From Candidatus Latescibacterota bacterium (GTDB lineage Bacteria > Latescibacterota > UBA2968 > GCA-2709665): a stretch of DNA of 64,000 nucleotides. Both the position numbers and the translations under genes were made by a program. Of the stretch, positions 27,240-37,949 are shown in pieces. The DNA lies in the NCBI GenBank assembly GCA_965203805.1, contig OZ241917.1, forward strand, positions 5,280,001 to 5,344,000, given 5' to 3'. Position 1 is the first letter of the stretch. Every line of letters begins with the position of its first letter. The notes under the pieces are model-generated. The model was not told the DNA's origin. It saw only the letters and a program-made list of their open reading frames with translations, and did not search any database.

Positions 27240-28283
27240 ATGCCGGTCTTCTCCGCGGAAGCGTTACGCAGGATAGGGCGGGACATCTATGAGCGCGCCG
27301 GCGCCACGTCCGAAGAAGCCGAGACCGTCGCGGGGCAGCTGGTGGCGTCCAGCCTGTCCGGCCACGACTCCCATGGCGTACTGCGCCTGCCGCAATACGT
27401 GGCGGGTGTGGCGTCCGGGCAGATTGTTCCCGGCGCCGTGGTCGAGGTGGAGCGGGAGACGCCCGCAACGGCCGTGTTGAATGGGAACTGGGGGTTCGGA
27501 CACGTGACGGCGGTGGCGGCAATGAACGTGGCCATTCGCAAGGCCCGCGAGGCCTCCGTGGGGCTGGTCACGGTTCACCGGTGCAACCACGTCGGCCGGC
27601 TTGGCGCTTTTTCGCCGCTGGCCGCCGAAGCGGGCATGATCGGCATGCTGGCGAACAACGGACACGGGGCCGATCTGGCGATGCCCCCGTCGGGCGGAAT
27701 CGGGCGGATCCTGCCCGCGAACTGTCTGGCGGTGGCGTGTCCGTCCGCGGGGGAATTTCCGATCGCCCTGGACTTTACCACCGCGGTGGCGGCAGGCGGC
27801 AAGGTTCGCGTGACGCTGGCGAAGGGAGAACGCATGCCCGACGGCTGGATGATCGACCATCGGGGTTATCCGACGAACGATCCGCGGGACTATATGACGG
27901 AGCCGAAAGGCGCGTTGCTGCCGTTCGGCGGGCCCGTGGCCCATAAGGGATACGGCCTGGCCTTCGTCATCGACATTCTCTCGGGCGCCCTGTCGCCGGC
28001 CGGTTGTTCCCGGGAGAATTCGAAGGAAACCGGCAATGCGCTTTTCGTGCAGGCGATCAATATCGAAGCGTTTCAGCCGCTGGATGCGTTCAAGGCTGAG
28101 GTCAAACGGTTCATCGACTACGTGAAGTCGGCCAAACCGGCGCCGGGGTCGGACGAAGTGCTGGTGCCCGGAGAGCGTTCGTGGCGCACCAGGAAAGAGC
28201 GTTCGGAGTCCGGCATCCCCGTCCAGGACGCGACGTGGGCGCAAATCGTGGAGACGGGCAGGAAAGTCGGCCTCAATCTGTAG
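27240..28283 (+). CDS. Ldh_2 family oxidoreductase (malate/L-lactate/sulfolactate dehydrogenase-like)
   Basis: GHDSHGVLRL, NHVGRLG, LLPFGG...HKGYGL and VLVPGE motifs. Confidence 0.9.
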   Translation: MPVFSAEALRRIGRDIYERAGATSEEAETVAGQLVASSLSGHDSHGVLRLPQYVAGVASGQIVPGAVVEVERETPATAVLNGNWGFGHVTAVAAMNVAIRKAREASVGLVTVHRCNHVGRLGAFSPLAAEAGMIGMLANNGHGADLAMPPSGGIGRILPANCLAVACPSAGEFPIALDFTTAVAAGGKVRVTLAKGERMPDGWMIDHRGYPTNDPRDYMTEPKGALLPFGGPVAHKGYGLAFVIDILSGALSPAGCSRENSKETGNALFVQAINIEAFQPLDAFKAEVKRFIDYVKSAKPAPGSDEVLVPGERSWRTRKERSESGIPVQDATWAQIVETGRKVGLNL

Positions 28284-28380
28284 CACCTGCTATCGATAGC
28301 AAAGACAGCAAAGTCGGATCCGCCAACCGGCAACGATCGTTCGACGGGCGCGATCACTTGATGGATACCTGAGGAGGTCG

Positions 28381-29721
28381 TTGGAAATGTCAGACGAAAT
28401 TCGATCCAGAGCCGAGGGCGCCCGGACCGCGGCATTGCAGTTGAGCAACGCGTCCGAGGGGGAACGGAACGCCGCGCTGGAGTCGATCGCGCGGGGCCTG
28501 GAAGCCAACGCGGGCGCGATTCTGGAGGCGAACCGGAGGGATCTGGAAGCCGCGGAGGCCCTGCTTGCCGAGGGCAGGCTGACGGGCGCGCTGGTGGGGC
28601 GGCTGAAGGTGGATGAGATCAAGCTGCGCAACGAAATCATCCGCGGGGTTCACAGCGTAAGAGCGCAGGGGGACCCCATTGGCCGGACGCTGGCGGCCAC
28701 GGAGATGGACCACGGGTTGAATGTGTATAAGGTCTCGGTACCCATCGGCGTCCTGGGGATCGTGTTCGAATCACGGCCTGACGCGCTCGTGCAGATCGCC
28801 ACGCTCTGTCTGAAGTCGGGCAATGCGGTACTGCTGAAGGGCGGCAGCGAGGCGTTCCATACCAATCGCGCACTGGCGAAGGTCCTCGTTGCGTCGACAC
28901 GCGGTTTGCCCGGCGTTCCGGACGGCTGGATGCACTTGATGGAGGCGCGTGAGGACGTGCAGGCCATGCTGGACCTGCACCATCTGATCGACCTCATCAT
29001 CCCCAGGGGCGGCAACGAGCTGGTCCAGCACATCATGCGGAATACCCGTATTCCGGTAATGGGGCATGCCGACGGCATCTGCCACGTGTACGTGCACGCG
29101 GCGGCGGACCTCGGGAAGGCGAGGCGGATCTGTCTGGATGCCAAGATCCAGTATCCCTCGGGGTGCAACGCGGTGGAGACGTTGCTGGTAGACAGGGAAA
29201 TCGCGGGAGAATTCCTGCCGGAAATGGTGGAAATATACCAGCGGAACGGCGTGGATGTACGTGGGGACGATCTCACGCGAACGCTGGCGGGAAACGCGCT
29301 GACCCGGGCGACGGAGGAGGACTGGGCAACGGAATATCTCGACCTGGCGATCTCGGTCAAAGTGGTGAACGGCGTTCATGAAGCGGTCGAACATATCAAC
29401 CGATACAGCAGCAACCACACCGATGCGATTGTCACGGAAGACGGGGCGGCGGCGTCCAGGTTCCTGCGCGAGGTGGATTCCGCGTCCACGCTGCACAACG
29501 CGTCGACCCGGTTTGCCGACGGGTTCCGCTACGGTCTGGGCGCCGAGGTGGGCATCAGCACCAACCGGCTGCACAGCCGGGGGCCCGTGGGCCTCGAGGG
29601 CCTCGTCATCTACAAATACATCATCGAGGGGACCGGGCAGATTGCGGGCGATTATCTTGGAGAAGACGCGAAGGCGTTCACCCATCGACCCCTCGCCGAA
29701 ACGTGGACTCCGGAAAGCTGA
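28381..29721 (+). CDS. proA: Gamma-glutamyl phosphate reductase
   Basis: PIGVLGIVFESRPD, KSGNAVLLKGGSEA, IIPRGG, CNAVETLL and NASTRFADGFRYGLGAEVGIST. Confidence 0.96.
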   Translation: MEMSDEIRSRAEGARTAALQLSNASEGERNAALESIARGLEANAGAILEANRRDLEAAEALLAEGRLTGALVGRLKVDEIKLRNEIIRGVHSVRAQGDPIGRTLAATEMDHGLNVYKVSVPIGVLGIVFESRPDALVQIATLCLKSGNAVLLKGGSEAFHTNRALAKVLVASTRGLPGVPDGWMHLMEAREDVQAMLDLHHLIDLIIPRGGNELVQHIMRNTRIPVMGHADGICHVYVHAAADLGKARRICLDAKIQYPSGCNAVETLLVDREIAGEFLPEMVEIYQRNGVDVRGDDLTRTLAGNALTRATEEDWATEYLDLAISVKVVNGVHEAVEHINRYSSNHTDAIVTEDGAAASRFLREVDSASTLHNASTRFADGFRYGLGAEVGISTNRLHSRGPVGLEGLVIYKYIIEGTGQIAGDYLGEDAKAFTHRPLAETWTPES

Positions 29722-29732
29722 GGTCTTTTGTG

Positions 29733-32618
29733 ATGAATAGTCTATTGCGGTTTCCGGTTCTGTATTGTCTCATCCTGCTCGGCGCGTGTTCGACAACGCA
29801 AAAGGCGGCCCCGCCTCAGGCGCCTGCGCCGCCGCCCGCGCCGAAGCTGCCGGTGGATCCGAACGTGACGCTTGGTACGCTGCAGAACGGCGTCCGGTAC
29901 ATAATACGTGAGAACAAACGCCCGGAAAACCGCGCCGAGTTGCGCCTCGTGGTGAACGCGGGTTCGATTCTGGAAGACGAGGATCAGCAGGGTCTGGCTC
30001 ATTTCGTGGAACACATGGCGTTCAACGGCACCCGGAATTTTCCCAAGCTGGACCTGGTGGATTATCTTGAATCGATCGGCATGCGTTTCGGCCCCGACCT
30101 GAATGCCTATACGAGCTTCGACGAGACCGTGTATATGCTCCAGGCGCCCACGGACAGCGCACGGGTTGTCACGCAGGCGTTCCGGATTTTGGAGGACTGG
30201 GCTTCCGGCGTGCTCTTCGAAGCCGAGGAGATTGAAAAGGAGAGAGGGGTGGTGATCGAGGAATGGCGGCTGGGCCGGGGCGCCGGCGCCCGGTTGCGAG
30301 ACAAGCAGTTTCCGATCCTGCTCAAGGGCTCCCGGTACGCGGAAAGGCTGCCCATAGGAAGGAAGGCGGTGCTGGACACGTTCAGACATGAGGCGGCGAA
30401 GCGTTTTTATCGGGACTGGTACCGGCCGGACCTGATGGCCGTCATCGCGGTGGGTGATTTCGAGACGGAATGGATCGAGGGATTGATTCGGGAACACTTC
30501 GGGCGGATTCCCGCGGCGGGCGAACCCAGAGCCCGGACCTTGCACCCGGTTCCGGGGCACGACGAAACGCTGTTCGCAATCGCCACCGATCCGGAGGCAA
30601 CGCGCACGAATGTGTCCATCTATTACAAGCATCCCGTTCGCGAGCAGGATTCGGCAGAGGCCTATCGACAGAACATCGTCGAGTCTCTGTACAACCGGAT
30701 GCTGAACGCAAGGCTGCGTGAACTGACAAAAAAGCCCGACGCGCCTTTTCTGTTCGCGTACTCCAACCAGGGACGCTTTATCAGGACGAGCGAGTTTTAC
30801 GTGCAGGGCGCCGTCGTGAGGGAGGGCGGGCTCCTGCGCGGGCTGGAAGCCGTGCTCACGGAGGCCGCAAGGGTGCGCCTGCACGGGTTCACGCAGTCCG
30901 AACTGGACCGTGAAAAGACCGAGGCGCTCAGGGGAATGGAGCGTGCAAACGCGGAGCGGGACAAAGTTCGGTCCCGCAGGTTTGCGTCGGAATATATCCG
31001 TCATTTCCTGACGGGTGAGCCTATTCCCGGAATCGAGCACGAATACAGGATGTTCCAGGAAATGGTACCAGGGATTCAGCTGGCGGAGGTGAACCGCCTC
31101 GCCGGCGAGTGGATTACCGGGGATAATCGGGTGGTTCTGATCGACGGACCGGAGAAGCAGGGCGTGACGATGCCCACTCGAGACGAATTGGCGGCGGTGA
31201 TCGACAATGTGGACCGGAAGCAGATCGAGCCCTACGAAGACGCGGCGTCGGCCCGACCCCTGGTAGAGACGCCGCCGACGCCCGGCGAAATCGTCGCGGA
31301 GAAACAGATCGCAGAACTGGACGTGACGGAGTGGACGCTATCCAATGGCGTCCGCGTTGTGCTGAAGCCAACTGATTTCAAGAACGACGAGGTGCTGTTT
31401 TCGGCATTCAGCCCCGGCGGCCTCGGGCTGGTTTCGGACCGGGACTATCTCGCGGCCGTAACCGCATCGGCTGTCGTCCAGGAAGGCGGTCTGGGATCCT
31501 TTGACGCGATCGGTCTGGAAAAGAAGCTGGCCGGAAAAGTCGTAGGCGTATCGCCCTGGATCCAGGGACTTCGCGAAGGGGTCAGGGGCAGCGCGTCGTT
31601 GAAAGACCTGGAGACGATGTTCCAGCTGGTCTACCTGACGTTCACGGCGCCTCGCAAGGATCCCAGCGCGTTTCTGGCCTACGTTCAGCGCATCCGCGGA
31701 TCGCTGGAAAACCGCAGCGCCAGCCCGGCGACAGCCTTCGGCGATACGATTCAGGTCACCATGTCGCAGTATCACCATCGGGCGCGGGTGTGGTCCGAAG
31801 CGCTGCTTGAGGAAATGGACCTCGAGCGTTCGATCGAGATTTACAGAGACCGGTTTGCAGACGCGAGCGATTTCGTGTTCTTTTTTGTGGGAAACCTCGA
31901 TCTGGATGGCATCCGCCCGTTGGTAAAGACTTATCTGGGCGGATTGCCCGCGACCCGGCGAAACGAGACCTGGCGCGACGTGGGTTTGCGGCCTCCCCGG
32001 GGCGTTGTCGAAAAAACCATCCACAGGGGCCTCGAGCCCAAGAGCAGCAACCGGATCGTCTTCACCGGGCCCTTCGAATGGAGCCGCAGGAACCGTTACA
32101 ACCTGGGGTCCGCAATCGACGTACTCCGAATCAAGCTTCGCGAGGTCCTTCGGGAGGACATGGGAGGAACCTACGGCGTGGGTGTGGGCGTGTCCACGAC
32201 CCACTATCCCGAGCAGCGGTACCGTATCCGGATCAGCTTCGGCTGCGCGCCCGACAGCGTCGAGCAACTCACCCGGGCGGTTTTCGCCCAGATCGACAGC
32301 CTCAAACAGTTCGGCGCGGCGGACACCTATATCGAAAAAGTTCAGGAGGGGGACCGCCGCAGTCGGGAAGCTTCCTTGAAGGAGAACGGATTCTGGCTGA
32401 GATCCCTGTCGTTCAGCTATTGGAATGGTCTGGATCCCGTTGATATTCTGGCGTATGACGATCTGGTGGACGGACTCACGTCAGACACTGTCCGGGATGC
32501 GGCGCGGAAACATTTCAATATGGAGAACTATGCGCGTTTCGTGCTCTATCCGGAAGCGGCGACGGGCGAACCCGAAGGCGGTTCCGGCGCTCCTCCGGAT
32601 GCGTCGCGGGGGTTCTGA
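29733..32618 (+). CDS. M16 zinc metallopeptidase (PqqL-like), lipoprotein
   Basis: Lipobox LGAC; inverted zinc motif AHFVEHMAFNG; NAYTSFDETVY; four M16 domains. Confidence 0.93.
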   Translation: MNSLLRFPVLYCLILLGACSTTQKAAPPQAPAPPPAPKLPVDPNVTLGTLQNGVRYIIRENKRPENRAELRLVVNAGSILEDEDQQGLAHFVEHMAFNGTRNFPKLDLVDYLESIGMRFGPDLNAYTSFDETVYMLQAPTDSARVVTQAFRILEDWASGVLFEAEEIEKERGVVIEEWRLGRGAGARLRDKQFPILLKGSRYAERLPIGRKAVLDTFRHEAAKRFYRDWYRPDLMAVIAVGDFETEWIEGLIREHFGRIPAAGEPRARTLHPVPGHDETLFAIATDPEATRTNVSIYYKHPVREQDSAEAYRQNIVESLYNRMLNARLRELTKKPDAPFLFAYSNQGRFIRTSEFYVQGAVVREGGLLRGLEAVLTEAARVRLHGFTQSELDREKTEALRGMERANAERDKVRSRRFASEYIRHFLTGEPIPGIEHEYRMFQEMVPGIQLAEVNRLAGEWITGDNRVVLIDGPEKQGVTMPTRDELAAVIDNVDRKQIEPYEDAASARPLVETPPTPGEIVAEKQIAELDVTEWTLSNGVRVVLKPTDFKNDEVLFSAFSPGGLGLVSDRDYLAAVTASAVVQEGGLGSFDAIGLEKKLAGKVVGVSPWIQGLREGVRGSASLKDLETMFQLVYLTFTAPRKDPSAFLAYVQRIRGSLENRSASPATAFGDTIQVTMSQYHHRARVWSEALLEEMDLERSIEIYRDRFADASDFVFFFVGNLDLDGIRPLVKTYLGGLPATRRNETWRDVGLRPPRGVVEKTIHRGLEPKSSNRIVFTGPFEWSRRNRYNLGSAIDVLRIKLREVLREDMGGTYGVGVGVSTTHYPEQRYRIRISFGCAPDSVEQLTRAVFAQIDSLKQFGAADTYIEKVQEGDRRSREASLKENGFWLRSLSFSYWNGLDPVDILAYDDLVDGLTSDTVRDAARKHFNMENYARFVLYPEAATGEPEGGSGAPPDASRGF

Positions 32619-32773
32619 TTGCTCCCGGCGAAGCGCAGTTCCTCGGGCGTCCGTCCAACGACCGGAGATCGCGCGGCAATTGCGCGCAGTGATGAACAGC
32701 AGAGTCCCGGCGTGTCCAGATGCCGGGACTCGTCTTTGATGTGAGACTGGTAAACCTGACTGAGGAGCCATCG

Positions 32774-33808
32774 ATGCAGAGATTCGAACGGGCGGCGGAC
32801 GTCAGGACCGGCGTGGTCGGATACGGAGCGGCCTTCGATATGGGACGGCGCCACCTGTCGGATATGCGCAAGGCCGGCATGACGCCGTGCGCGGTCGCGG
32901 AGACGGATCCGAAGCGGCTCGCCGCCGCCGGCAGGGATTTTCCGGGAATCGAACGGTATCGCACCGTCGGTGAGATGTTGCGAGAATCGGACGTGAACCT
33001 CGTGGTGCTGATCACGCCGCACAACACGCATGCGAGGCTGGCACTGGAGTGCCTGCGGGCGGGGCGCCACGTGATCAGCGAGAAACCGTTTGCCATTACG
33101 ACGGAAGAATGCGACGCTATGATTCGCGAGGCCGGGTTGCGGGGCCTGCTGGTCACTGCGTACCATAACCGGCACTGGGACGGGTGCGTTCTGGAAGCGC
33201 TGAAGCATCTTTACGAGGAGAAGGCGATCGGCGAGATCTATCGCATCGACGCGCGTATCGGCGGATACGCGCACCCGGGGGACTGGTGGCGGAGCAGCCG
33301 GTCCATTTCCGGGGGCGTCATGTACGACTGGGGAGTGCATTTTCTGGAGTACGCCCTCCAGCTCGTGCCTTCGGACGTCGTCGAGGTCGCCGGGTATGCA
33401 AAGACCGGATTCTGGGCGGACCGGACCCCGTGGAAGGACGATACGAACGAAGACGTGGCGTGCGCGGTGGTCAGGTTCGACAACGGCGCCTGGCTGAGTC
33501 TCACGGTATCGTCGCTGGAGTCGAATCCCAGGCCCGGGCAACTGGAGATCTCGGGTACGAAAGGCAGTTACGTCTTTGACGGGCGCACGTACGAGATGAT
33601 CCGGCAAGAGGGAGATGAGAAAGTGGTGACGAAGGGCGCAAACATGCCCAGCAGGTGGGAAGCCTATTATGAGAACGTCGCCGGGCACCTGACGGCGGGT
33701 GATGATTTGATCATTACCCCGGAATGGGCCAGGCGGCCGATCCACATACTGGACCTTGCGGTGAAGAGCGCGAAGCAGAAACGGGCGATCAAAGCGAAGT
33801 ACGGATGA
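32774..33808 (+). CDS. Gfo/Idh/MocA oxidoreductase
   Basis: GVVGYG, ISEKP, YHNRHWD and GGVMYDWGVH motifs. RBS GAGGAG. Confidence 0.9.
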   Translation: MQRFERAADVRTGVVGYGAAFDMGRRHLSDMRKAGMTPCAVAETDPKRLAAAGRDFPGIERYRTVGEMLRESDVNLVVLITPHNTHARLALECLRAGRHVISEKPFAITTEECDAMIREAGLRGLLVTAYHNRHWDGCVLEALKHLYEEKAIGEIYRIDARIGGYAHPGDWWRSSRSISGGVMYDWGVHFLEYALQLVPSDVVEVAGYAKTGFWADRTPWKDDTNEDVACAVVRFDNGAWLSLTVSSLESNPRPGQLEISGTKGSYVFDGRTYEMIRQEGDEKVVTKGANMPSRWEAYYENVAGHLTAGDDLIITPEWARRPIHILDLAVKSAKQKRAIKAKYG

Positions 33809-33818
33809 AGGGATTGAC

Positions 33819-35138
33819 ATGAAGAAGGACACACGGAATTCGCACTGCACCGTGCCGTCGTTGCATCCGCCCCCGGACGTGTCCAGAATGCAGGGTTACG
33901 CGTCCCGGCTGAGCGCGGCGCCGGACGATAACATCGCGTTTCGGATGACCACGTTCGCCAGAACCTACGACGTGGAATTCAGGCGCGTGGGCAAAACCGC
34001 CGCACGGATCGGTGAGTTGAAGGGGCTGCGCGGGAGGACGCAGGCCTGTCCGGAAAGGGCCTGGGAGAACGGTTGCGACTGGGAGTCTGACTTTTTCTGG
34101 ATTGTGCCGGAAGAGACGCGTTCCTGGATCTATACGGCGGAATTCACGGACGAAAAGGGCATCAGTTGTCACGTTCCGTTCGTCGTCAAACCCTATTTTC
34201 ACAGGAAGGGCGACGTGGCGGTGCTGGCTTCCACCAATACGTGGAACGCTTATAACGGATGGGGCGGCCGGTCGGCCTACAGCGAGCCACAACCCAGGAT
34301 GCTGAGCCTGGATCGCCCGATGCCCACCGCATCGCCCGAAGGCGAGGGCCGAAGCCACCTCCTGCGGGCCGAGACGTGGATTCTGGACTGGATGGAGGAA
34401 AGCGGTTACGCGGTGGACGTCTATTCGGACGTCGATCTGCACCGGGGATGGGACTGGCTGGCCGACTACGGGGCCCTCGTGATCAATACGCACAGCGAGT
34501 ACTGGTCGGAGCCGATGCGCGATCATCTCGATGCTTACCTGGCCGCGGGCGGCAACCTGCTTTACCTGTCCGGAAACGGCGTCTACTGGAAGGTGACCTG
34601 GGATTCGACCTGCCGCCTCATGGAATGCCGCAAAGACGGCAAACCTCACTACCAGAATGGCGAAGAGGGCGGGCTGTGGCGAAACCTGGGGCGGCCCGAA
34701 CACTCGGTGCTGGGGGTGGGCTACGTGCGTCCGGGATATATGACGTTCTCGCCGTATCGGGTCGAAACGGCCTCGCACTGGGCATTTGACGGCCTTGGAC
34801 TGAAGGACGGGGATCTGATTGGAGAAAACGGCGTTAACGGCGGCGGCGCAAGCGGATGGGAGGCGGACCAGGTGCGGGATGAATGGTCGCCGGAAGATGT
34901 CCAGGTCCTGGCGAGGGGGATCAACCCCCTGGACTTCATGCCGGCCGGAGAGTCGGCGGTCTATCCGGACGAAGCGTACGATTGGGATGGATCGGGTGGC
35001 GCCCATATGACCTGCTACGATCATCCCGGCGGTGGCGGGGTCTTCTCGGTCGGGTCGATCGCGTTTGGAGGCAGTCTGATCGTGGACCCGTTCCTGCAGG
35101 GGACCGTGAGAAACGTGCTGAACCGGTTTCTTCGCTGA
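33819..35138 (+). CDS. N,N-dimethylformamidase large(beta)-subunit-like domain protein
   Basis: STNTWNAYNGWGG, LSLDRP, HSEYWS, YLSGNGVYWKV, GWEAD and VFSVGSIAF motifs. Confidence 0.75.
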   Translation: MKKDTRNSHCTVPSLHPPPDVSRMQGYASRLSAAPDDNIAFRMTTFARTYDVEFRRVGKTAARIGELKGLRGRTQACPERAWENGCDWESDFFWIVPEETRSWIYTAEFTDEKGISCHVPFVVKPYFHRKGDVAVLASTNTWNAYNGWGGRSAYSEPQPRMLSLDRPMPTASPEGEGRSHLLRAETWILDWMEESGYAVDVYSDVDLHRGWDWLADYGALVINTHSEYWSEPMRDHLDAYLAAGGNLLYLSGNGVYWKVTWDSTCRLMECRKDGKPHYQNGEEGGLWRNLGRPEHSVLGVGYVRPGYMTFSPYRVETASHWAFDGLGLKDGDLIGENGVNGGGASGWEADQVRDEWSPEDVQVLARGINPLDFMPAGESAVYPDEAYDWDGSGGAHMTCYDHPGGGGVFSVGSIAFGGSLIVDPFLQGTVRNVLNRFLR

Positions 35139-35171
35139 TGAATCGAGGACCAATCAACTACCGAGGTACAG

Positions 35172-36044
35172 ATGACCGCACGTTACGATCTGCATTTGCA
35201 CACGTACTGGAGCTACGATGCCCTGGCGCGGCCGGAGAGCCATTTCAAGCGGGCCCGCAGGTCCGGGGTCGATTGCTTCGCCGTGACGGACCACCACGTG
35301 CTGGATTCTCTGCCTGAGGTGCTGGAGATCGCTCAGGGCTATCCGGAGATTCGCGTCGTACCCTCGGCCGAGCTGACGATGACCACGTCGATCGGATCGG
35401 TGGACCTGCTGTGTTACGGCTTTCCCGCGGACCTGCCCGCGGCGATGGTACAGGTACTCGAGGCGTATCACGACTGGCAGCGGGCGTACGGATCGGCGAT
35501 TTCGGCCGGCCTGCAGGCGCTGGGATTGGATTTTTCGGATGCGGATCGGCTGGAACTGCTGAAGTCGTACAGGCCGTTGAAGACGATCGAGCTGCAGGGA
35601 AACACGCACGTCAAGGGCGGCGTGATCCAGCAGTACTGCGTGGATCGCGGGTTCATCGCCCGGGTCGGGGACTACGCCGATCTGATGTCGCGAGCGAGCG
35701 CGGCGAGGCGGTTCCCGCCGTATCCCAACGTAAAGGATGTGATGCCTGCGGTTAAGGAGGCCGGCGCACGGGTGGCGATCGCGCATCCATTCGGCTATTT
35801 CAAAGAAGACAGCGTGGAACGGATGGATGCGTTGCGCGTGGAATGTTCGCTGGACGGCATCGAATGCGCCCATCCGGGCGTGCCGCCCGAATTCACGGCG
35901 AAGTACCGGGAGTACTGCGAGCGCCACGGACTGTTCTCAACCGGCGGGTCCGATTGTCATACGGATGAGGACGTGGAGACGGGATTCGCCGGGCACGGCG
36001 GCCCCGACGAATGGCTGGACGAGTTTCTGGAACGGCTGGACTGA
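35172..36044 (+). CDS. PHP-domain phosphoesterase
   Basis: DLHLHT, VTDHH, IAHP and TGGSDCH motifs. Confidence 0.9.
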   Translation: MTARYDLHLHTYWSYDALARPESHFKRARRSGVDCFAVTDHHVLDSLPEVLEIAQGYPEIRVVPSAELTMTTSIGSVDLLCYGFPADLPAAMVQVLEAYHDWQRAYGSAISAGLQALGLDFSDADRLELLKSYRPLKTIELQGNTHVKGGVIQQYCVDRGFIARVGDYADLMSRASAARRFPPYPNVKDVMPAVKEAGARVAIAHPFGYFKEDSVERMDALRVECSLDGIECAHPGVPPEFTAKYREYCERHGLFSTGGSDCHTDEDVETGFAGHGGPDEWLDEFLERLD

Positions 36045-36067
36045 CGAGCGGCGTTCTTCCCTGGGAA

Positions 36068-36152
36068 CGAGGGCACCTGCCTGCGCAGTGCCCTGCCTGC
36101 CTGTGCGTGTGGCACGCACGCAGACAGGCGCTGCAGGCAGGTCCTGCCCTCG
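36068..36152. repeat. REP-like hairpin interrupted by nested CCTG...CAGG elements
   Basis: Host CGAGGGCA|TCCTGCCCTCG with insert 36076-36141, nearly identical to the insert at 38228-38293. Confidence 0.85.
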
Positions 36153-36313
36153 AATACGCGTGACCCCAGGGGACATTTCATCTATTGGGAACGAAAGCGG
36201 CACAGAGCGGAACTCAAAGGCTTTTGGGTGGCCTTCTCGCGCTCTCCGTCTTCCGGATTTTTGTCAGCGAAAAAACAAAGGAAATCAGACGTGTTTCCAC
36301 GAATGTTGATACC

Positions 36314-37945
36314 ATGAAAGCCTCGGATCTATTCGTAAAAGCCCTCGAGGCCGAGGGCGTGGAGTTCATCTTCGCCATCCCCGGCGAGGAGAATCTGGAC
36401 CTGCTCGAGTCGTTGCGCCACTCCAGCATCAGGGTCATTCTTACCCGCCACGAACAGGCTGCGGGTTTCATGGCCGCGACGTACGGCCGCCTCACAGGAA
36501 AGACCGGGGTGTGCATGTCCACGCTGGGGCCCGGGGCGACGAATTTCGTCACCGCGGCGGCGTACGCGCAGCTCGGCGGCATGCCGCTGTTGATGATCAC
36601 AGGTCAGAAACCCATCAAGTCGAGCAAACAAGGCCATTTCCAGATCGTGGACGTGGTTGAGATGATGCGCCCTCTGACGAAATACACGACCCGAATCGTC
36701 AGCGGCGCAATCATCCCGCCGCGTGTGCGGGAGGCGTTCCGGGTGGCGGAGGAGGAAAGGCCGGGCGCCGTGCACCTGGAGTTGCCGGAAGACATCGCCG
36801 CGGAAGAGGCGGAGGCCCACCTCTTTCCCCGGGACCGGGTGCGGCGGCCCGTGGCGGAGGACAAGGCGGTTGCGCGAGCCGTTTCCATGATCCAGGAAGC
36901 CCGCCGGCCGTTGCTCCTTGTGGGGGCCGGCGCCAACCGCAAGCGCACGTCGAATATGCTCGTCCGTTTCATCGACAAGACGGGCATCCCCTGGTTCAAT
37001 ACGCAAATGGGCAAGGGTGTGGTGGATGAGCGACATCCGCTGTATCTGGGAAACGCGGCGCTGTCTTCGGGCGACGCCATCCATTGCGCCATCGAAAGGG
37101 CCGATCTGATCATCAACGTGGGCCACGACGTGGTTGAGAAGCCGCCTTTCCTGATGCGGGAGAGAGGCCTGCAGGTTATCCACGTCAACTTTTCTTCCGC
37201 AGAGGTGGACCCGGTCTATTTCCCGCAACTCGAGGTGATCGGCGACATCGGCAACAGCCTGTGGCAGATCTGGCGGAAGATCGAGCCCCAGTCCCACTGG
37301 TCGTTCGGCTACTTCATCCGGGTCAAGGCGTGGGCCGACGGGAAGCTGGCCGCCGGGGACGACGACGACCGTTTTCCGGTCCTTCCTCAGCGGCTTGTGG
37401 CCGACGTCCGGCGCGTGCTGCCCGACGACGGCCTGATCGCCCTCGACAACGGAGTATACAAGATCTGGTTCGCGCTCAATTACCGCGCCCACCAGCCGAA
37501 TACCGTGCTGCTGGACAACGCCCTGGCGACCATGGGCGCCGGTCTGCCTTCCGCCATGGCGGCCAGTCTGCTCCACCCGGACCGCGACGTGGTGGCGGTC
37601 TGCGGCGACGGGGGTTTCATGATGAACTCCCAGGAACTGGAAACCGCCGTACGATTGGGGCTGAATCTTGTCACGCTGGTGTTGCGCGATAACGGCTACG
37701 GCATGATCAAATGGAAGCAGGCCGATATGGGGCTGGCTGATTTCGGGCTGGATTACGGGAATCCCGATTTCGTGCGCTACGCCGAGAGCTACGGCGCCGG
37801 GGGACACCGGCTGGAACGGACCGACGAACTGGCAGGTTTGCTGAAGGGATGCCTCGACGCCGGTGGGGTGCACCTGATCGAGGTCCCGGTAGACTACTCC
37901 GAAAATCACAAATTGCTGGACGGACAACTGGTCTGTCCGCTATAG
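36314..37945 (+). CDS. Acetolactate synthase large subunit-like TPP enzyme
   Basis: PGEENL, RHEQAAGFMA, GPGATN and TPP motif GDGGFMMNSQELET...DNGYGMI. Confidence 0.92.
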   Translation: MKASDLFVKALEAEGVEFIFAIPGEENLDLLESLRHSSIRVILTRHEQAAGFMAATYGRLTGKTGVCMSTLGPGATNFVTAAAYAQLGGMPLLMITGQKPIKSSKQGHFQIVDVVEMMRPLTKYTTRIVSGAIIPPRVREAFRVAEEERPGAVHLELPEDIAAEEAEAHLFPRDRVRRPVAEDKAVARAVSMIQEARRPLLLVGAGANRKRTSNMLVRFIDKTGIPWFNTQMGKGVVDERHPLYLGNAALSSGDAIHCAIERADLIINVGHDVVEKPPFLMRERGLQVIHVNFSSAEVDPVYFPQLEVIGDIGNSLWQIWRKIEPQSHWSFGYFIRVKAWADGKLAAGDDDDRFPVLPQRLVADVRRVLPDDGLIALDNGVYKIWFALNYRAHQPNTVLLDNALATMGAGLPSAMAASLLHPDRDVVAVCGDGGFMMNSQELETAVRLGLNLVTLVLRDNGYGMIKWKQADMGLADFGLDYGNPDFVRYAESYGAGGHRLERTDELAGLLKGCLDAGGVHLIEVPVDYSENHKLLDGQLVCPL

Positions 37946-37949
37946 AAAA

